From the NCBI GenBank assembly GCA_038851755.1, contig JAWCKR010000004.1:25332-89331 (forward strand): a stretch of 64,000 bases of DNA, written 5' to 3'. The notes under the pieces are model-generated. The model made no database searches. It saw only the letters and a program-made list of their open reading frames with translations, and was not told where the DNA came from. Each line of letters begins with the position of its first letter. Position 1 is the stretch's first letter. The translations under genes and the position numbers were made by a program. This document shows, piece after piece, positions 1 to 9,071 of this stretch. Origin of the DNA: Candidatus Hadarchaeales archaeon (lineage in GTDB: Archaea; Hadarchaeota; Hadarchaeia; Hadarchaeales; WYZ-LMO6).

Positions 1-1015
1 GCCTTTTAAGGACCCCCCTGTACCCGATGGTGGGGGGAAGCTTCTGGGAGCTGGTGCGGGGATAGCTGATCAGCCCCGCCAGGTAGAGGTCCTGGGCAAG
101 CTGCTGGGTGCGCAGGGGGGTGTAGCCGAAGCAGCGGTAGGCCTCCGCCTGCAGGGTCCCCAGGTCAAAGGGAATGGGGGGGAGGCGGCGGTACTGTCTC
201 ACCTCCACTCCCTTCACCACGGCCTCCTCCCCGCAGGCCTCCTTTGCCCTCTGGGCCTCTCCCTCCTCCCAGAACTTCTCCACCTCGTGCTCCGCCACCA
301 GCTCCTTCCCCTCCGCCTCCACCACCAGCTTCAGGGACCAGAAGGGCCTGGGCACGAACCTCCCGATCTCCTCCTCCCTCTCTGCCAGGATCTTCAGGGT
401 GGGGGTCTGCACCCTCCCCGCCGAGAGCTTGGCGAAGGAGCCCGTCACCCTCTGCACCGAGGAACTCAGGGCCTTGCTCACGTTCATCCCCCAGTACCAG
501 TCCAGCACGTGCCTGGCAATCCCCGCGTCCACCTGCTCGAAGTCCAGCCTGGGCAGAAGGTTCCTGTAGGCCTCCCTGAGTTCCCCTGCGGTGAGGGTGG
601 AGAACTTCATGCGCCTGGCCCTCTTCACCGCCTCTTCCCCGCACAGGAACTTGAGCACCGTCCACCCTATGACGCTGCCCTCCACGTCGAAGTCCGTGGC
701 CACCACGTACTCCGAGCTCCCCTGCGCCAGCTCCCTTATCGCCTCCAGGAAGGCCTTAGTTCGGGCTGCCCTCTTGTCCACCAGATAGGAGGGGACCCAC
801 TCCACGTCGAAGACCGGGTAGTCCCTCAGGGGTCTGGTGTTCTTGAGGGTGAAGAGGTGTCCCAGGGAGGGAACCACCACCGCCTCTCTCCCGTCTAGTT
901 CCAGCTCGTAGTAGGGCACCCCCTTCTTCTCCCCCCTCCTGACTTTTCCCCCTCCCAGCGCGGAGGCGATTTTGGAGGCGGCATCGGGCTTCTCGCACAG
1001 GATGAGGGTCTTCAC
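1..1015 (-). CDS. topA: DNA topoisomerase I (type IA), 5' part; runs off window edge
   Basis: Manual translation from GTG at 1015: MKTLILCEKPDAASKIA (TOPRIM EKP), LGHLF, ATDFDVEG, SAGRVQTPTL, LISYPRT (catalytic Tyr). Absent from the ORF track because it is truncated. Confidence 0.93.
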   Translation of the reverse strand, partial: MKTLILCEKPDAASKIASALGGGKVRRGEKKGVPYYELELDGREAVVVPSLGHLFTLKNTRPLRDYPVFDVEWVPSYLVDKRAARTKAFLEAIRELAQGSSEYVVATDFDVEGSVIGWTVLKFLCGEEAVKRARRMKFSTLTAGELREAYRNLLPRLDFEQVDAGIARHVLDWYWGMNVSKALSSSVQRVTGSFAKLSAGRVQTPTLKILAEREEEIGRFVPRPFWSLKLVVEAEGKELVAEHEVEKFWEEGEAQRAKEACGEEAVVKGVEVRQYRRLPPIPFDLGTLQAEAYRCFGYTPLRTQQLAQDLYLAGLISYPRTSSQKLPPTIGYRGVLKR

Positions 1016-1092
1016 GGGCTTCCCGGCAATCTTTTTGCGGGAGGATGTGATATAAGCAGATGAGAGCCACTCCAGCCCGCGAGGGCGAGCGG

Positions 1093-2976
1093 ATGTGGAG
1101 CCCCCTCACCGATTACGATATCTACCTCTTCAGAAAGGGAGAGCACTTCAGGCTCTACCGGAAGCTGGGGGCCCACCTGGTGGACGGAGGCGCCCACTTC
1201 GCCGTCTGGGCGCCCAACGCCGAGTACGTTTCGGTGATAGGGAGCTTCAACGGCTGGGACCCTGGGGCCAGCCCCCTCAGGCCAAGGGAGGACGGCTCCG
1301 GGATCTGGGAGGGCTTCGTGGAGGGGGTGAGGAAGGGGGACCTGTACAAGTACCGCATCCTCTCCAGGTACGGGGGGCACGCTGCGGACAAGGCCGATCC
1401 CTTCGCCTTTTTGGGTGAGGTCCCCCCCAGGACGGCCTCGGTGGTCTGGGAGCTGGACTACGAATGGGGGGACGGGGAGTGGATGCGCTCCAGGAGGGAG
1501 AGAAACTCCCTGAGCTCCCCCATGTCCATCTACGAGGTACACCTGGGCTCCTGGAGGAGGGTCCCGGAGGAGGGGAACCGCTTCCTCACCTACTCGGAGA
1601 TGGCAAGGTGGCTCCCTGAATACGTGGAGGAGATGGGCTTCACCCACGTGGAGTTCCTTCCCGTGATGGAGCACCCCTTCTACCGCTCCTGGGGTTACCA
1701 GGTAACGGGTTACTTCTCACCCACCAGCCGTTACGGTACCCCCCAGGAGTTCATGGGCTTGGTGGACGCCCTCCACCAGCGAGGAATAGGGGTGCTCCTG
1801 GACTGGGTTCCCTCCCACTTTCCCTCCGACGGGCACGGTCTGGTTTTCTTCGACGGCACCCACCTGTACGAGCACGCCGATCCCAGGAAGGGGATTCATC
1901 CGGAGTGGGGGAGCTGCCTCTTCAACTACGGTCGCCACGAGGTCAGGGCCTTCCTGATAAGCAGCGCCCTCTTCTGGCTGGACAGGTACCACGCGGACGG
2001 TCTGAGGATAGACGCCGTGGCCTCCATGCTCTATCTGGACTACGGGAGGAAGGAGGGGGAGTGGGTGCCCAACGAGTACGGGGGGAAGGAGAACCTGGAG
2101 GCCATCCACTTCCTGCGCAGGCTGAACGAGGTGGTGTACGGGGAGTACCCGGACGTGCAGATGATTGCGGAGGAGTCCACCGCCTGGCCCCTGGTCACCA
2201 GGCCCACCTACGTGGGTGGCCTGGGGTTTGGACTCAAGTGGAAGATGGGATGGATGCACGACACCCTCCGCTATTTCTCCATGGACCCCATCTTCAGGAA
2301 GTACCACCACGACCTGATCACCTTCAGCATGTGGTACGCCTACTCCGAGAACTTCGTCCTCCCCCTCTCCCACGACGAGGTCACTTACGGGAAGGGCTCC
2401 CTCTTCGGGAAGATGCCTGGCGATGCCTGGCAGAAGTTCGCGAACCTCAGGCTCCTCTATGGCTACATGTACGGTCATCCCGGTAAGAAGCTCCTCTTCA
2501 TGGGGGGAGAGTTCGGGCAGTGGAGGGAGTGGGTCCACGACGAGAGCCTGGAGTGGCACGTACTCCAGTACGAGGACCACAGGGGGCTCCAGCGGTGGGT
2601 GAGGGATTTGAACCGCCTTTACAGGGAGGAGCCAGCCTTGCACGAGCTGGACTTCGAGCCCGAGGGTTACGAGTGGGTGGACCTCAAGGACGTGGAGAAG
2701 AGCATCATTTCCTTCCTGAGGAAGGGAAGGACAGGCCCACCGGTGCTGGTGGTGTGTAACTTCACGCCCGTTCCCAGGTACGGGTACAGGGTGGGGGTTC
2801 CACGGGGAGGCTTCTGGAGGGAACTGCTGAACAGCGACGCCAGGGAGTATGGAGGGAGCGGGCTTGGAAACTTGGGTGGTGTCTGGGCTGAGCCCGTTCC
2901 GTGGCACGGTCGCCCCTGCTCCCTCCCCCTCACCCTGCCTCCGCTGGGGTGCCTCTACCTGAGGCCGGAGGGCTAG
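1093..2976 (+). CDS. glgB: 1,4-alpha-glucan branching enzyme GlgB (GH13)
   Basis: [52 protein letters not shown] motifs; ATG 1093 preferred over 1060. Confidence 0.95.
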   Translation: MWSPLTDYDIYLFRKGEHFRLYRKLGAHLVDGGAHFAVWAPNAEYVSVIGSFNGWDPGASPLRPREDGSGIWEGFVEGVRKGDLYKYRILSRYGGHAADKADPFAFLGEVPPRTASVVWELDYEWGDGEWMRSRRERNSLSSPMSIYEVHLGSWRRVPEEGNRFLTYSEMARWLPEYVEEMGFTHVEFLPVMEHPFYRSWGYQVTGYFSPTSRYGTPQEFMGLVDALHQRGIGVLLDWVPSHFPSDGHGLVFFDGTHLYEHADPRKGIHPEWGSCLFNYGRHEVRAFLISSALFWLDRYHADGLRIDAVASMLYLDYGRKEGEWVPNEYGGKENLEAIHFLRRLNEVVYGEYPDVQMIAEESTAWPLVTRPTYVGGLGFGLKWKMGWMHDTLRYFSMDPIFRKYHHDLITFSMWYAYSENFVLPLSHDEVTYGKGSLFGKMPGDAWQKFANLRLLYGYMYGHPGKKLLFMGGEFGQWREWVHDESLEWHVLQYEDHRGLQRWVRDLNRLYREEPALHELDFEPEGYEWVDLKDVEKSIISFLRKGRTGPPVLVVCNFTPVPRYGYRVGVPRGGFWRELLNSDAREYGGSGLGNLGGVWAEPVPWHGRPCSLPLTLPPLGCLYLRPEG

Positions 2977-2977
2977 C

Positions 2978-5341
2978 ATGAGGTACGTGTGCATCCACGG
3001 GCACTTCTACCAGCCCCCTAGGGAAAACCCCTGGTTGGGGGAGGTGGAGGTGGAAGAAGGGGCCCACCCCCACCACGACTGGAACGAGAGGATCACGGAG
3101 GAGTGCTACGCCCCCAACACCGCTTCACCCCTGCTGGACCAGGAGATGAGGGTGAAGGAGTTCGTCAACAACTACTCCAGGATCAGTTTCGACTTCGGTC
3201 CCACCCTCCTCTCCTGGCTGGAGAGGAGGGCCAGGGAGGTGTACGAGAGCATCCTGGAGGCGGACAGGGAGAGCAGGGAGAGGTTCTCGGGCCACGGTTC
3301 CGCCCTCGCCCATCCCTACGCCCACTCCATCCTCCCCCTGGACCATCGAAGGGACAGGTGCACCCAGATCCTCTGGGGGGTGAGGGACTTTCAGAGGAGG
3401 TTCGGGAGGAAGCCGGAGGGGATGTGGCTCCCCGAGACGGCGGTGGACCTGGAGACCCTGGATTTCCTCGCCAGGGCGGGTGTGAAGTTCACCATCCTGG
3501 CCCCCCACCAGGCCGCCAGGGTGAGGCCGCTGGGGGAGCGCAGGTGGGTGGATGTCTCGGGAGGGAGGGTGGACACCACCATGCCCTATCTCTGCCGGCT
3601 CCCCTCCGGTCGCTCCCTCTCCCTCTTCTTCTACCATGGGGGAGTGGCCTTCGACGTGGCCTTCGGGGGTCTGCTGCACAGCGGGGAGCAGCTGGCCAGA
3701 AGGTTGCTCGGTGTCTTCTCTCCCAGGCAGGGACCGCAGCTCGCCCACATAGCCACGGACGGGGAGACCTACGGCCATCACCACCGCTTCGGGGACATGG
3801 CCCTGGCCTACTGCCTAAGGTACCTGGAGTCCAGGGGAGAGGCCAGGCTAACGGTCTACGGGGAGTACCTCGAGAAGCATCCCCCCACCCACGAGGTGCA
3901 GATCCTGGAGAATACCTCGTGGAGCTGTGCGCACGGGCTGGAGAGGTGGAGGGGAGACTGCGGATGCAGGCTCGGCTCCAGGCCGGGCTGGCACCAGAGG
4001 TGGAGGGGTCCCCTGAGGGAGGCCCTGGACTGGTTGAGGGGGACCCTTGCCTCCCTCTACGAGCGGGAGGCCGGAAGGTGGCTGGCGGACCCGTGGAGGG
4101 CCAGGAACGAGTACGCGGAGGTGGTCGCCTGCCGCTCCCCTGAGGCCTTCAGGGTCTTCCTGGAGAGGCAGGGGGTGAGGGAGCTATCCGAGGGGGAGAG
4201 GGTGAGGATCCTGAAGCTGCTGGAGATGCAGAGGCACTCCCTCCTGATGTACGCCAGCTGCGGGTGGTTCTTTGACGAGATTTCCGGGCTAGAAACGGTG
4301 ATCATCCTCAGGCACGCGGCCATGGCCCTCCAGCTGGCGAAGGAGGCCACGGGGGTGGATCTGGAGCCCGAGTTCCTCCGCAGGCTGGAGAAGGCCCCGA
4401 GCAACCTCCCCGAGTTCGGGACGGGTGCCGGGGTCTACGAGAAGCTGGTGAGGCCCTCCGCTTACGATCCGGCCAGAGTGGCCTCCACCTTGGCGGTTCT
4501 CTCCCTCTTCAACCCCTCCCCTCCTTCCCGCTTCTACCACTTCGAGGTGGAGGCGAAGGTGCAGCGCGGCTGGGAAGGGGAGGGGGGAAGGCTGAGGCTG
4601 GGATGGATGGTGCTGCGCTCGGGGTTGACGGGTGAGAGGTTCTCCTTCCAGTTCAGCGCCCTCCTCTCCCCCTGGTTCTTTCCCCTGGCCATGATGAGGG
4701 AGGGGGAGGGAGAGCTTCCCCCCACGCTGGTGGAGGAGCTGGGTTCGGTCTTTCGGGAGGATGTGGGGGAGGCGGTGAGAAGGGCGGAGCGCCACTTCCC
4801 CCTCCAGTACTCCCTGCGCCAGCTGCTGGTGGATCCGGGGAGGGAGGTGCTGGAGAGGATGGTGGAGGAGAGGCTCGGTGCCCTGCTCTTCCTGCTGGAG
4901 GAAACGGTGGGCTTCTTACCCTCCTCCAGGGAGGGGGGAAAGGGTTTGCCCGCGGAGTTCTCCCCCCTGCTCGAGCTCTGGTTGAACCTGGAGCTCAGGA
5001 GGGAGATGGAGGAGGGGAACTTCGAAAGGGTGGCGGAGCGGATGGAGGAGATGAAGGAGCTTTCGCTCAGGATCGACGAGCCCCGCCTCTCCTTTATCCT
5101 CTCCAGGAAGCTCGCTGAGCTTGCGGGCAGGCTCACGGGTGGGGAGGAGGACCTGGAGGTTCTGAGGAGGATGGAAGGGGGACTCTCCCTTCCCCTGCGG
5201 CCGAACCTTTGGAGGGCGCAGGTGAAGTGTTTCGGGCTGGGTGAAAAGTACGCGGAGAGAAAGGTGGGAGAGTGGGGGGGACTCTTCGGCAGGGTGGCCC
5301 GTCTGCTGAGGCTAAAGTTGCCCGACCCGAAAGGGGTTTAA
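2978..5341 (+). CDS. GH57-family / DUF3536 glycoside hydrolase
   Basis: HGHFYQPPRENPW, GMWLPET, ATDGETYGHH, SWSCAHGLERW, SCGWFFDEISG; starts 1 nt after glgB stop. Confidence 0.88.
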   Translation: MRYVCIHGHFYQPPRENPWLGEVEVEEGAHPHHDWNERITEECYAPNTASPLLDQEMRVKEFVNNYSRISFDFGPTLLSWLERRAREVYESILEADRESRERFSGHGSALAHPYAHSILPLDHRRDRCTQILWGVRDFQRRFGRKPEGMWLPETAVDLETLDFLARAGVKFTILAPHQAARVRPLGERRWVDVSGGRVDTTMPYLCRLPSGRSLSLFFYHGGVAFDVAFGGLLHSGEQLARRLLGVFSPRQGPQLAHIATDGETYGHHHRFGDMALAYCLRYLESRGEARLTVYGEYLEKHPPTHEVQILENTSWSCAHGLERWRGDCGCRLGSRPGWHQRWRGPLREALDWLRGTLASLYEREAGRWLADPWRARNEYAEVVACRSPEAFRVFLERQGVRELSEGERVRILKLLEMQRHSLLMYASCGWFFDEISGLETVIILRHAAMALQLAKEATGVDLEPEFLRRLEKAPSNLPEFGTGAGVYEKLVRPSAYDPARVASTLAVLSLFNPSPPSRFYHFEVEAKVQRGWEGEGGRLRLGWMVLRSGLTGERFSFQFSALLSPWFFPLAMMREGEGELPPTLVEELGSVFREDVGEAVRRAERHFPLQYSLRQLLVDPGREVLERMVEERLGALLFLLEETVGFLPSSREGGKGLPAEFSPLLELWLNLELRREMEEGNFERVAERMEEMKELSLRIDEPRLSFILSRKLAELAGRLTGGEEDLEVLRRMEGGLSLPLRPNLWRAQVKCFGLGEKYAERKVGEWGGLFGRVARLLRLKLPDPKGV

Positions 5342-5360
5342 CCGTGGGTCCTCAGGTGGG

Positions 5361-6215
5361 GTGATGGAGACCGCCATCCTCCTCCTCTCCTGCCCCGATG
5401 CGAAGGGGATAGACGCCAAGCTCTCGAGCTTCATCTGGAAGAACAACGGGAACATCGTGCACTTCGATCAGCATGTGGACGAGGGATTCGGGAGGTACTT
5501 CGCCAGGGTGGAGTGGACGCTGGAGGATTTCTCCCTCCCCAAGGAGAGGATAAGGGAAGCCCTTCTTCCCCTGGCCTCGGAGCTGGGGGCGGACTGGAGG
5601 GTGCACTTCAGCTCGGAGAGGCCCAGGGTGGGGATCATGGTTTCCAGGCATCTCCACTGCCTCTACGACCTGCTGGCACGGTGGAGGGAGGGAAGGCTCA
5701 GGTGCGACATACCGCTCGTCATAGGGGACAAGCCCGATGGAGAAGGGGTGGCCAAGATGTTCGGCATCCCCTTCCACCACATCCCCGTGGATTTGAAGAG
5801 CAGGGAGGAGGGGGAAAGGAAGCAGATCGAGCTCCTGAAGAGGGAGGGAGTTGAACTCGTGGTGCTGGCCAGGTACGGGAAGATCCTCTCCCCCATGTTC
5901 GTGCAGGAGTTCAGGAACAGGATTTTGAGCATCCATCCGTCCTTCCTCCCGGCTTTCCCGGGGAAGGATCCCTTCACCCAGGCCTACCGGAGGGGGGTGA
6001 AGCTCATAGGGACCACCGTCCACTTCGTGAGCGAAGAGGTGGATGAGGGGCCCATCGTCCAGCAGGACGTGGTCAGGATAAGCCACAAGGACAGCCTGGA
6101 GGACCTGGTGAGGAAGAGCGAGAACCTGGAGAAGATCACCCTGAGCGAGGCCGTGAGGCTTTACTGCGAGAGGAGACTGCTGGTCTACGAGAACAAGACC
6201 ATCGTGTTCGAGTAG
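5361..6215 (+). CDS. purU: Formyltetrahydrofolate deformylase-like protein (ACT + formyltransferase domain)
   Basis: N-terminal ACT (SCPDAKGI), HCLYDLL, VLARY, IHPSFLPAF, RGVKLIG, DEGPI, DVVRISH. Confidence 0.85.
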   Translation: MMETAILLLSCPDAKGIDAKLSSFIWKNNGNIVHFDQHVDEGFGRYFARVEWTLEDFSLPKERIREALLPLASELGADWRVHFSSERPRVGIMVSRHLHCLYDLLARWREGRLRCDIPLVIGDKPDGEGVAKMFGIPFHHIPVDLKSREEGERKQIELLKREGVELVVLARYGKILSPMFVQEFRNRILSIHPSFLPAFPGKDPFTQAYRRGVKLIGTTVHFVSEEVDEGPIVQQDVVRISHKDSLEDLVRKSENLEKITLSEAVRLYCERRLLVYENKTIVFE

Positions 6216-6221
6216 CTCGGA

Positions 6222-8099
6222 TCAGAGCTCAATCTCGTTCACGGTCTCCCAGGTTCTCTCGTCGAGCACGGTGAGGTTCCCCTCGGAGATCACGTAGAGG
6301 TAGTCGTCCAGGTAGACGGCCCTCCTCGCCGTCACGTTCTCCATCTCCCTGACCACCTCAAGCCTGTTTCCACGGTAGGAGAGCACGTACCCCTTCCCGG
6401 AGGCGGGGAGGAAGAAGACCTCGTGGTCTGGATCCAGGAGAAAGGCGTGGTGCGTTTCCAGGATCTCGGACCAGTACTCCTCCAGCAGGATTCTGTCCAG
6501 CTCCCCGGGCCGGGAGGGCGAGGAGACATCGAAGAGGGAGACCTTCACCTTCCAGTTCTCCCTCCCTATCCCCAGCAGTAGGTTCTCGGTTATGGGGTGG
6601 AGGTAGGAGGAGTATCCCGGCATCTTCAGCTCCCCCACCACCCGTGGGTCGTGGGGATCGGAGAGGTCGATCACGTGCAGGGGATCGGTCTCCCTGAAGG
6701 TTACCACGTATCCCTTGTCCCCCAAGAACCTCACCGCGTAGATTCCCTCCCCCAAGCCCAGGTCCCTGAGGGAGCCCACCACCTTCAGCTCCTGGTCCAG
6801 GACGTACACGTCGTTGGCGCTCTCCCCCCTCCCCCCGAGCATCCAGGGCTCCACGGTGGTGGCGAGGCGCAGGTACCCCCCCTCCTCGTCCAGCGAGAAC
6901 TGGTTGATCGGCCTTCCAGGAACCTCGGCCTGGGCCACGATCTCGAAGCTTTCTAGGACTATCTTCACTATGTGGGTGGTCTCGAGTTCTCTCTTCCTCT
7001 CAGCCACGTACTCCTCCCACCTCTCCCACAGCTCTTCCCAGGGGAGGTCGGCCGAGGAGAGGAGGACCTCGAGCTCCACCATCTTGGCGGTATCGCTGAG
7101 CTCGTACCCCATGAGCCTCCCTATCCTCCCCATGAGCTCCGTGGGGAGGAGATCCGTGCACCTCGAGAGGAAGTCGTAGTACGTTTTCACGGGGGAGGGG
7201 TAGGAGGTGTAGGTGAGGTAGAGGGAAGCCCCTGACATGTAGACCACCGAGATGCCGGAGTATCCCACGAAGCTCACGCTCTTCTCCACTCTGCCTTCCC
7301 TGGGGTCCAGGATGAAGGCCGTGTAGAGCGAGTCCACGGGTACGGGGGTCGGTGGGTGGTAGATGTCGGTGGCCCTCACCAGCACCTCGGCGTCCCCGGC
7401 TTTCAGGGGCTGCAGGGGAAGGGACACTGGGTCCTGCAGGGGAGTGCTGGTGACGAGGTAGATTTTACCCCGGTAGAGACGCGCCGAGACCAGGCTGGCT
7501 TTCAGTTCCACCTTCCAGAGCTCTCTGGGGGAGGAGGGGTCGGATACCTGGTAACCGGTGATCCCCTCGTAGGAGAGGAGGACCAGCAGGTTCTCCAGAA
7601 GGAGCAACTCCCCGTTTCTCTCCAGGTCGGAGACCACCGAAAGCCCGGAGGGGGGGAAGGCCCTTATCACCTTCGTGTCCCAGTAGCCCGAGAAGTAGAG
7701 GTATCTTCCGTCGGTCTTCACCACATCAGGCTCGTCTATGCCCCTCACCTGTACCGTGGTCTCGGAGACCCTGGAGGCCCCCTCTTCCCCCCCACCACCC
7801 TCTTCGAGGGCCCTGAGGGGCGAGAGGGGAGTTTTCCCGGTTCCCAAGGGATACCCCCATCCCATCCTCCAGTAGCCGCTGAGCCACTCCCTGGACCGGG
7901 AGAGGTACTGGGAGAATTCCGCTTCGGAGGAGAACTTGGTCAATCCCCAGGTGGACACTTCCTGCCCGGGACTGCGGAACCAGAGCCAGCCCAAGGAGAC
8001 CACGAGAAGGATACAGAGGACCAGAACGGCGCCGATTTTCGGGATGGGTCTCGCCTTGCCCTCCACCCTTCTCTCCCACCTGCGGTAGTCCTCGGCCAC
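6222..8099 (-). CDS. Membrane-anchored secreted protein with C-terminal beta-propeller (COG4880-like)
   Basis: N-terminal TM helix; SETTVQVRGIDEPDVVKTDG, NQFSLDE, GEGIYAVRF, TFRETDPL, GELKMPGYSSYLHP. Start uncertain (GTG 8099 vs ATG 8150). Confidence 0.8.
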   Translation of the reverse strand: MAEDYRRWERRVEGKARPIPKIGAVLVLCILLVVSLGWLWFRSPGQEVSTWGLTKFSSEAEFSQYLSRSREWLSGYWRMGWGYPLGTGKTPLSPLRALEEGGGGEEGASRVSETTVQVRGIDEPDVVKTDGRYLYFSGYWDTKVIRAFPPSGLSVVSDLERNGELLLLENLLVLLSYEGITGYQVSDPSSPRELWKVELKASLVSARLYRGKIYLVTSTPLQDPVSLPLQPLKAGDAEVLVRATDIYHPPTPVPVDSLYTAFILDPREGRVEKSVSFVGYSGISVVYMSGASLYLTYTSYPSPVKTYYDFLSRCTDLLPTELMGRIGRLMGYELSDTAKMVELEVLLSSADLPWEELWERWEEYVAERKRELETTHIVKIVLESFEIVAQAEVPGRPINQFSLDEEGGYLRLATTVEPWMLGGRGESANDVYVLDQELKVVGSLRDLGLGEGIYAVRFLGDKGYVVTFRETDPLHVIDLSDPHDPRVVGELKMPGYSSYLHPITENLLLGIGRENWKVKVSLFDVSSPSRPGELDRILLEEYWSEILETHHAFLLDPDHEVFFLPASGKGYVLSYRGNRLEVVREMENVTARRAVYLDDYLYVISEGNLTVLDERTWETVNEIEL

Positions 8100-8211
8100 G
8101 TTTCGTTTCTCCCGTTCGTTCGGTAAATATCCAATCCGGAACGAAGACATAGCCGAGAACGTGTCCGTTGCCGGTGGGAAGGGTGTTTTATGAGGGGAAC
8201 TCCAGCTCTAG

Positions 8212-8421
8212 GTGATGAGGTTCAGAAAGCCCTCGGGGCGACAGCCCGTTTCGATCGAGGAGGTTTTTCTGGAACCCAAGAATCAGAAACTGGTCGTGTA
8301 CCTTCCTCCCACCATAAAGGAGCTTCTGGAGGAGCTGGCCAGGAACTCGGAGGTCAAGACGAACACGTGCGTCCTTTACCTTCTGGTGAAGCAGCTCAAA
8401 GAACTGGGCCTGCTGAAGTGA
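8212..8421 (+). CDS. Small hypothetical protein, ribbon-helix-helix-like
   Basis: KLVVYLPPTIKELLEELARNSEVKTNTCVLYLLVKQL resembles an RHH strand-helix-helix pattern. Confidence 0.5.
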   Translation: MMRFRKPSGRQPVSIEEVFLEPKNQKLVVYLPPTIKELLEELARNSEVKTNTCVLYLLVKQLKELGLLK

Positions 8422-8451
8422 TTTCACGCCATGTTTTCAGGGTGAGCCCTC

Positions 8452-8964
8452 TTAGTACTGGATTCCCCTCTTGGGCCGGAGATTTTTGGGGAGCTTGACC
8501 TCCCTCACCTCCACCACCACCTCCGCCCTCTCCCTCAGCTTCCTGGGAGCATACCTTCCCGTCAGCACCACGTCCGTTTTCTCAGGAAGGTCGTCAAGAA
8601 GCCTGAGTACCTCCTCCACCTCAATCAGCTTCCACCCCGCCACCAGGTTCAGCTCGTCCAGGATGAGTAAATCGGGCTTCTTCTCCTCGGCGACCTTCCT
8701 CGCGAACTCCAGTCCTTTCCTCACCAGCGTCCGGTCCTCCTCTCCCAGCTCTTCTTTTCCCGTCCAGCCCTTCCTTCCGAACTGGTAGATTTCATAGTGG
8801 GGGGAGAGCCTCTCCCTTATCTTGTACTCTCCCGTGTTCTTCCACCACTTCAGGAACTGGATGATCACGACCTTCCTCCCCTGCCCCACTGCCCTCAGGG
8901 CCAGGCCCAGGGCGCTCGTGGTCTTTCCCGGTCCCGTGCCCGTGAGGACGTAGACCTCCCCCAT
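8452..8964 (-). CDS. cobO: ATP:corrinoid adenosyltransferase (CobO/BtuR family)
   Basis: VYVLTGTGPGKTTSALGLALRAVG, IQFLK, LILDELN, VVLTGRYAP, GIQY terminus. Confidence 0.9.
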   Translation of the reverse strand: MGEVYVLTGTGPGKTTSALGLALRAVGQGRKVVIIQFLKWWKNTGEYKIRERLSPHYEIYQFGRKGWTGKEELGEEDRTLVRKGLEFARKVAEEKKPDLLILDELNLVAGWKLIEVEEVLRLLDDLPEKTDVVLTGRYAPRKLRERAEVVVEVREVKLPKNLRPKRGIQY

Positions 8965-9071
8965 CGAGCGACTTGGGAGGGATGACAAAAAAGGGCATCG
9001 AACGAGCCGTTTCCGGGTTTTGTCGAGGTTTTTAGGAAGATACTCCCGAGGAAGGTGGGGGACCTCAGGGC

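Noticed and set aside
8965-9071. Possible cobalamin riboswitch between cobO and nrdJ
   Set aside because: The spacer is short and I see no B12-box consensus.
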